DNA of 12,453 nucleotides from contig DASPPO010000036.1 of the NCBI GenBank assembly GCA_035625455.1, positions 1 to 12,453 on the forward strand, given 5' to 3'. Numbering within the stretch: position 1 is the first letter of the stretch; each line of letters opens with the position of its first letter. Source of the stretch: Nitrososphaerales archaeon (GTDB taxonomy: Archaea; Thermoproteota; Nitrososphaeria; Nitrososphaerales; Gagatemarchaeaceae). Positions 5,681 through 12,453 of the stretch are shown piece after piece. Under the pieces are notes generated by a model. It made no database searches. It was not told the origin of the DNA and saw only the letters and a list, made by a program, of their open reading frames with translations. A program made the translations under genes and the position numbers.

Positions 5681-5747
5681 TGGGATTCGATTTCTAAGTG
5701 TATTGCGCCGCTGTGTGTTGCAAACCCTGAGACCCGCAGCTACGTTC

Positions 5748-5933
5748 TTAGGGAGCGCGTGATCCCTCCCGGAACTCTACGACACAAATTTTGTTTGAGA
5801 CCATTTCACGGATTGTCCTCCAGAGGAATCTCGTGAAAATCGTCTCATGCGCCCCGGAATAGTACGCTGACCAGTTCCTCCCCGTTTTCTGCCCCTTAGT
5901 GAGAACGTGCTTTTCCCTCCAATCGGTGGTCAT
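5748..5933 (-). CDS. Questionable small ORF (61 aa) with a strong Shine-Dalgarno-like sequence
   Basis: The ATG at 5933 is preceded on the minus strand by GGAGGGTGATTTCCT. The GGAGG(G)TGAT core is close to the complement of the 16S rRNA 3' tail. Product MTTDWREKHVLTKGQKTGRNWSAYYSGAHETIF... has no family I recognise. It lies in a 400-bp spacer of lower GC. Confidence 0.25.
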   Translation of the reverse strand: MTTDWREKHVLTKGQKTGRNWSAYYSGAHETIFTRFLWRTIREMVSNKICVVEFREGSRAP

Positions 5934-6054
5934 AGGAAATCACCCTCCATAGGTGCCAGCATCCTCATCAGCTTCTCCGGCCTCTCAAGGGACACTGCAG
6001 GATTACCCTAGGAAGGGGGAGGTCGATAATCGGCAGAGAGGCGGGGGCTCTCCG

Positions 6055-6828
6055 TTACTCAATCAGTCTCTTTAGCAGAACAGAAGAGCTGAGTATGAAG
6101 GCGGTCGTGAAGGCAAGCAGCACGAGAATGTCTACGGGGAGGCCGGAGTAGTCCCCGGTAAGCAGCATGGCCCTCATGGCGTCGACCACGTAGCTGAGCG
6201 GGTTGTACACGGAGATGGTCTGCAACCACGTGGGCATGAGAGAGATGGGATAGATCGCATTGCTGGCGAAGAAGAGGGGCATCGTTATCACCTGGCCAAT
6301 TCCCATCATCCTGTCTCGCGTCTTTAGAAAGGACGCCAGGGTCATGGAGAGGCTCGCGAAGCACATGGCGAAGAGCACTGACACCAGCAGGACCCCGGCG
6401 ATGTCCAGCGGGTCGAAACGCAGGTTCACGCCTATGATCAGTGCCAGGGCGAAAATCATGATCCCCTGAAATATTCCCCTGACGCCCGCTGCCAGTGCCT
6501 TCCCGACGACGACGGAGATTCGGGGAGACGGGGTCGAAAGGAGCTTAGTGAGCAGGCCCACGTCTCGTTCCCAAACAATCGTAATCCCGTAGAATATCGC
6601 TATGAAGAGGACAGACTGTGCGAGTACACCTGGCGCAATGTACTGCATGTAGCTGTAGCCACCGGGGGCGAGGCCCCGAATGGTGTTGAAGACCTCCCCG
6701 AACACTAAGAGCCACAGCGCCGGCTGGACTGTCCTCATCCAAAGCTCGGTGGAATCGTGGCGCAACTTCCTTGCCTCCATCTCGGCTATGGTGAATGCGC
6801 TGGAGACCGACCGCTGAAGAGTGCTCAT
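6055..6828 (-). CDS. ABC-2 type transporter permease (DrrB/NodJ-like exporter membrane subunit)
   Basis: 257 aa with about six TM helices. The N-terminus (AEMEARKLRHDSTELWMRTVQPALWLLVFG) and overall pattern are typical of the ABC-2 family. ATGA start/stop overlap with the upstream ATPase gene at 6825-6828. Confidence 0.85.
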   Translation of the reverse strand: MSTLQRSVSSAFTIAEMEARKLRHDSTELWMRTVQPALWLLVFGEVFNTIRGLAPGGYSYMQYIAPGVLAQSVLFIAIFYGITIVWERDVGLLTKLLSTPSPRISVVVGKALAAGVRGIFQGIMIFALALIIGVNLRFDPLDIAGVLLVSVLFAMCFASLSMTLASFLKTRDRMMGIGQVITMPLFFASNAIYPISLMPTWLQTISVYNPLSYVVDAMRAMLLTGDYSGLPVDILVLLAFTTAFILSSSVLLKRLIE

Positions 6829-7742
6829 CGTCCGTGCCTCGTCGCGCTTCTTCGTGCGGAGCGGGCGTCTTTGTAGCTGTCTATCTGCTGCAGCGAACCC
6901 TTGGCGTACTTCATGAACACGTCGTCGAGAGTGGGCCTGCTCAGGGAGATGGATTCGACCGTGGCCCCTAGGCCTTCGAGATAATCAGTTATCCGAGGGA
7001 TGACCTTTTCGCCGTCAAGCGTCAGAATCTTCATAGTTCCCTGGCTTGAGCTCGATATCGAGCCGAGTTCAGGGGGGACTGAATCAGGGAGCTTCCCAGA
7101 CGCAGTAATCGTCAGCACGTCCCCGCCGACCGAACGTTTGAGCTCCTTCGGGGCCCCTGACGTAGCTATCCTTCCCATGCTCATTATGGCCAGCCTGTCG
7201 CAGAGCTCGTCGGCCTCGGCCATGTCGTGGGTTGTAAGCAGGATAGTCGTGCCGAAGTTGCGGTTCAGCTGCTTGATGTGGTCTATGACCTGCAGGCGCG
7301 AGTAGGGGTCTAGCCCTATGCTTGGTTCGTCAAGGAAGAGTAGTTTGGGGCGGTTGACCAGGGCCTGCGCGATTTCGAGGCGTCTCATCATTCCTCCAGA
7401 GTAGTGTTTTACGAGGTCGTTCGCCCTTTCCGCGAGCCCGAAGAGCTCGAGCGCATCGTGTATCCGTCTGTCACGTTGCTCGCGCTCCACATAGAAGAGC
7501 TTTGCGAAGATTAGAAGGTTCTCGTAGCCTGTGAGGTCGCCGTCGACAGAAATTGCTTGGGGGACAAATCCGAGCATCCGTCTGACTGCCTCGGGGGAGC
7601 TGAGCGCGTCGACTCCGAAAACCCTGATGGCCCCTGCTGTGGGTCTCGAGATTGTGGTGATCATCTTGATTGTTGTGGTCTTGCCGGCGCCATTGGGGCC
7701 CAGGAGTCCGAAAATTTCCCCCTCCTTCACTTCGAAGCTCAC
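6825..7742 (-). CDS. ABC transporter ATP-binding protein (DrrA/CcmA-like, partner of ABC-2 permeases); the true start is probably upstream of 7742 (see findings)
   Basis: Walker A GPNGAGKTT, Q-loop, signature YSGGMMRRLEIA, Walker B LLFLDEPSIGLD and H-loop TTHDM are all present. Coordinates run from the first canonical start (GTG 7742). The conserved first strand VAVHVSGLTKIYAGGTRAVDDV is encoded in-frame upstream of it. Confidence 0.9.
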   Translation of the reverse strand: MSFEVKEGEIFGLLGPNGAGKTTTIKMITTISRPTAGAIRVFGVDALSSPEAVRRMLGFVPQAISVDGDLTGYENLLIFAKLFYVEREQRDRRIHDALELFGLAERANDLVKHYSGGMMRRLEIAQALVNRPKLLFLDEPSIGLDPYSRLQVIDHIKQLNRNFGTTILLTTHDMAEADELCDRLAIMSMGRIATSGAPKELKRSVGGDVLTITASGKLPDSVPPELGSISSSSQGTMKILTLDGEKVIPRITDYLEGLGATVESISLSRPTLDDVFMKYAKGSLQQIDSYKDARSARRSATRHGR

Positions 7743-7858
7743 ATCGTCAACGGCTCTGGTTCCGCCTGCGTAGATCTTCGTCAGACCCGAAACGTGGACG
7801 GCGACCGTGCCCTTCTGCTCTTCAGGTTCCCTTGCGGCTTCGAGCTGCTGAGGGAGGG

Positions 7859-8410
7859 TCAGCTTCTCTCCCCTCCTGTGTCCCCAGCTTGTACCGTTAG
7901 GTCTCCTCCAGCAGCAAGAGCCTTCTCGAGAATGTCGTGCAGGGCTCGCTTTTCCCCGGCGCTCAGAGGTTCAAAGAGTGCAGACATGGAGACCAGCTGT
8001 TCCCTCCTCCACGAACCAAGTTTCTTGGCGCCCCTCTTCGCCAGCGTAACGGTGACAATTCGTTCGTCCCTTTCCCTTCTCTCCCTCTTTACCAGTCCAG
8101 CCCTTTCCAGTCGTTTTGCCGCAATTGAAGCTGACCCGGCAGTGCACCCAATTCCCGAAGCGATATCCTTGATTTTCATCTTTCCGTGTTCCCTGAGCAT
8201 TCTGAGTATCCAGTACTGCTCTCGCGTTATCGCCCCCCTCTTTACCGGAGAAGCCGACCTCCACCTCTGCCACAGAACCTGCAGCAGGTCGCTGACGCTC
8301 TCCGAAGACACAAGGGGCAATGGTCTGAGGGGATTAATTAGACTATCTATTCGTTTGACAATCAAATATTCTTCTCGTCGAGCGTGATAAATGGGGAACT
8401 TCCCCTTCAA
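7859..8410 (-). CDS. MarR-family winged-helix transcription regulator (maximal ORF; likely start is GTG 8311, giving 150 aa)
   Basis: wHTH core: ITREQYWILRMLREHGKMKIKDIASGIGCTAGSASIAAKRLERAGLVKRERRERDERIVTVTLAKRG. The first 33 codons from TTG 8410 fall in a markedly AT-rich stretch that looks like a promoter. Confidence 0.85.
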   Translation of the reverse strand: MKGKFPIYHARREEYLIVKRIDSLINPLRPLPLVSSESVSDLLQVLWQRWRSASPVKRGAITREQYWILRMLREHGKMKIKDIASGIGCTAGSASIAAKRLERAGLVKRERRERDERIVTVTLAKRGAKKLGSWRREQLVSMSALFEPLSAGEKRALHDILEKALAAGGDLTVQAGDTGGERS

Positions 8411-8428
8411 CCTGAGGAGGCTGCGGCT
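8312..8428 (-). promoter_or_regulatory. AT-rich putative promoter/operator of the marR-ABC unit, plus a hairpin after the upstream gene
   Basis: ATTAATTA at 8333-8340 lies 22-29 nt upstream of GTG 8311. A 13-bp palindrome TTTGA-caa-TCAAA sits at 8354-8366. A 13-bp palindrome GGGGAA-c-TTCCCC sits at 8393-8405, 24 nt downstream of the stop of the 8429..9142 gene. GC content drops well below the window average. Confidence 0.4.
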
Positions 8429-9142
8429 TTACAGAAGTGGAACCAGAAGTACTGCCACTAACCCTGTCAGAAACACGCCGTCGAACGTCCCCGCTCCTCC
8501 GATGCTCGCCATGGATGATCCCAGCTTTCCTATGCCCCTTAGGTTCGTGATGTCCGCGCCAATCAGAGTGCCCAGAGTCCCTGATACGTATGCGACCACC
8601 GCGGGGGAGCCAGGTACGAGCAGATACGACACAACGGCGGCAACGATTGGGGGGAGAAACGAAGGCGTCACGATCCCCACTCCCCTCACCTTCCTCGCCA
8701 TGAGGTGCACCATGACCGCAACGACGACCGTGCCCAGAATAGCGGCCGGAAGGAGGCTGGAGTGGCCGACAAGCAGGTAAACCGAGACGAGTATGGGGAT
8801 AACTGCCCCGCCGACGTTCACGGCGATTACGGTAATCGCCTGTTTGTACACTACGCTCGGGACCCGATAGTACAGCCCAAACACTCTGACCTCCTGAATG
8901 GCCACCCGGGGCTCGGAGCTCTTCACTTCCCCCACCGGGACATTGATCATGCTCCCTAGGAGTGTTCCCCATAGGATTAGGAGATATTCGATAGAGTTGA
9001 ACCCGATCCGTTCGAAGGCGATGTCGCCAAGGCTGAGAAGCAAGACGACGATGATTACACCCGTCACCAATGCAAGAGCCGTGGACAAGAAGCTCCGGTG
9101 GTAACGGTGGACGACAATGCGTTGATTCAAGGGGACGTCCAC
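8429..9142 (-). CDS. Polytopic integral membrane protein, DUF1614-like (family recalled from memory)
   Basis: 237 aa from GTG 9142. Multiple TM helices. Gly-rich blocks (INVPVGEV, IAVNVGGAVIPILVS, IGGAGTFDGVFLTGL) resemble the DUF1614 family. Confidence 0.7.
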   Translation of the reverse strand: MDVPLNQRIVVHRYHRSFLSTALALVTGVIIVVLLLSLGDIAFERIGFNSIEYLLILWGTLLGSMINVPVGEVKSSEPRVAIQEVRVFGLYYRVPSVVYKQAITVIAVNVGGAVIPILVSVYLLVGHSSLLPAAILGTVVVAVMVHLMARKVRGVGIVTPSFLPPIVAAVVSYLLVPGSPAVVAYVSGTLGTLIGADITNLRGIGKLGSSMASIGGAGTFDGVFLTGLVAVLLVPLL

Positions 9143-9221
9143 CCGGGGATAAATTGCTAGTCTATTAGCCGTTGGAGGTTTATGGTCTCTAAGGTCACCA
9201 CCACATGAAAGGCGCCCCTAG

Positions 9222-11456
<2,235 letters not shown>

Positions 11457-11557
11457 GGAACACCAGCACAAGAAACCAATTCGCACGTTTCCCTTGGGTG
11501 AATCCCAATACGTCCGAGCCATAGCCCCATTGGCGCCGTGCTTCCGGAAAACGCTTT

Positions 11558-12295
11558 ATGCCCCTGTCAGCACCAACGGAACTCCCACAATTGGCGAGCC
11601 TACCGGACGACCATGCCCAGTCTGAGCGTGCGCGCTATCTTTTCGCATGTGCGATAGCGGGTGTGATTCTATACGTCATCCTGGACGCGGTCGTCCAGTC
11701 TCTCCCGCCGCACTACAGTCCGATTAGTCAAGCCGAGAGCGACCTCGCGGTAGGACCATACGGGTACGTAATGACGCTGAACTTCATCAACAGGGGCGTC
11801 CTGTCTCTCTGCTTTCTCTTCGGAGTCGTCCTGACCGTCTACAGCACGGAAACGGCGAACGCAAGGCTCAGGAGGGGCGCGTACGCGTTTGCCGTCTGGT
11901 CCGTGGGCGCCCTGTTGCTTGCAGCGTTTCCCACCGACGTACCTGCTACACCTGTTTCGTGGCACGGTGCGATTCATCTGTTGGTGGCCATCTTGGCCTT
12001 CCTCGGGGGCGCGTTTGGGGCTCTCTACATCTCCCTGGGGATGGTCGGGAGCGGTCCCGTCGCAAGGGCAAGGAGTTTTGCCCTCCCGCTTGCGGTCTTG
12101 TCGGTATTCCTCTGCTTAGTGGAGCTTCTTGGCCCCTTTGCGGCCCCGGGCTTCTTCTCCCATTACGGGGGTCTGGTGGAGCGTGTGTTCCTAAGTTCTG
12201 TGCTGCTCTGGGTAACCGCGGTCTCCGTAAAGATGTTAGCAAATCCTCCTCTACCAAAGGGGCCGACTGAGCAGTCTCAGGCATCCACGCCCTAG
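11558..12295 (+). CDS. Integral membrane protein, DUF998-like (family recalled from memory)
   Basis: 245 aa with an ATG start and about six TM helices. The block YSPISQAESDLAVGPYGYVMTLNFINRGVLSL resembles the DUF998 pattern (Y-x-P...IS-x-L...G...M...F...G). Confidence 0.6.
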   Translation: MPLSAPTELPQLASLPDDHAQSERARYLFACAIAGVILYVILDAVVQSLPPHYSPISQAESDLAVGPYGYVMTLNFINRGVLSLCFLFGVVLTVYSTETANARLRRGAYAFAVWSVGALLLAAFPTDVPATPVSWHGAIHLLVAILAFLGGAFGALYISLGMVGSGPVARARSFALPLAVLSVFLCLVELLGPFAAPGFFSHYGGLVERVFLSSVLLWVTAVSVKMLANPPLPKGPTEQSQASTP

Positions 12296-12453
12296 GTCAA
12301 ATTCTCCGCTGGCAACGAAACATTCAAGGTGTCATTCCACTCGTTACTCCAAGAGGTCCGTTGCGCAGGAAGTCTCCTGACGCCGCGGGAGGGTTCGTGT
12401 CTGTGGCAGCCGTCTTCCTGCTCGGCCTGATCGGATCTGGCCGGGAATTGTGA

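Noticed and set aside
7557-8972. ORFs 7557..8387 (+, 276 aa), 7971..8273 (-), 8343..8972 (-, 209 aa) and 8391..8780 (+), which overlap marR, the ABC ATPase and the DUF1614-like gene
   Set aside because: These are off-frame or antisense to genes with clear family signatures. Composition is Arg/Ser/Cys/Pro-rich with no domain features, so they are treated as shadow ORFs.
12296-12453. Possible 30-codon plus-strand ORF (TTG 12361 to TGA 12453, RRKSPDAAGGFVSVAAVFLLGLIGSGREL), or the 3' end of a minus-strand gene entering from the window edge (ending at TAG 12293-12295)
   Set aside because: Too short and too close to the window edge to support either reading. There are no motifs, and the minus-strand frame has no start within the window.

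Overview
This looks like an archaeal chromosomal window, moderately GC-rich by eye. I can support about 15 protein genes and no rRNA, tRNA, CRISPR array or intact mobile element.

Gene order, left to right:
- The 3' part of a cytochrome b gene, cut by the window edge, followed by a small membrane protein.
- A four-cysteine HTH_10 regulator, transcribed divergently from the unit below.
- A tightly packed four-gene unit. It holds a membrane-anchored NirK-type copper nitrite-reductase homologue with a C-terminal amicyanin-like cupredoxin. Next come a signal/TM-anchored MoaD/ThiS/SAMP-like beta-grasp protein ending in Gly-Gly-stop, a cupin, and a hemerythrin-like protein.
- A bitopic membrane protein on the minus strand.
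- A minus-strand block of DUF1614-like membrane protein, MarR regulator, ABC ATPase and ABC-2 permease.
- A CDC48/VAT double-ring AAA+ ATPase.
- A DUF998-like membrane protein.

Several genes have an A/T-rich TATA-like box about 22-35 nt upstream of the start codon and no Shine-Dalgarno. That fits leaderless archaeal transcripts.

The best candidate for something undescribed is the nirK-like/Ubl/cupin/hemerythrin unit, especially the apparently exported ubiquitin-like protein with a free C-terminal diglycine.

Secondary oddities:
- A His-to-Leu change at the NirK second catalytic position.
- A Lys where cytochrome b normally has a heme-ligand His.
- An ABC ATPase whose conserved N-terminus has no canonical start codon.
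- Nested inverted repeats next to a possible integrase remnant in a 300-bp convergent spacer.

All family assignments come from motif recognition by eye and from remembered reference sequences. None has been checked by a search.
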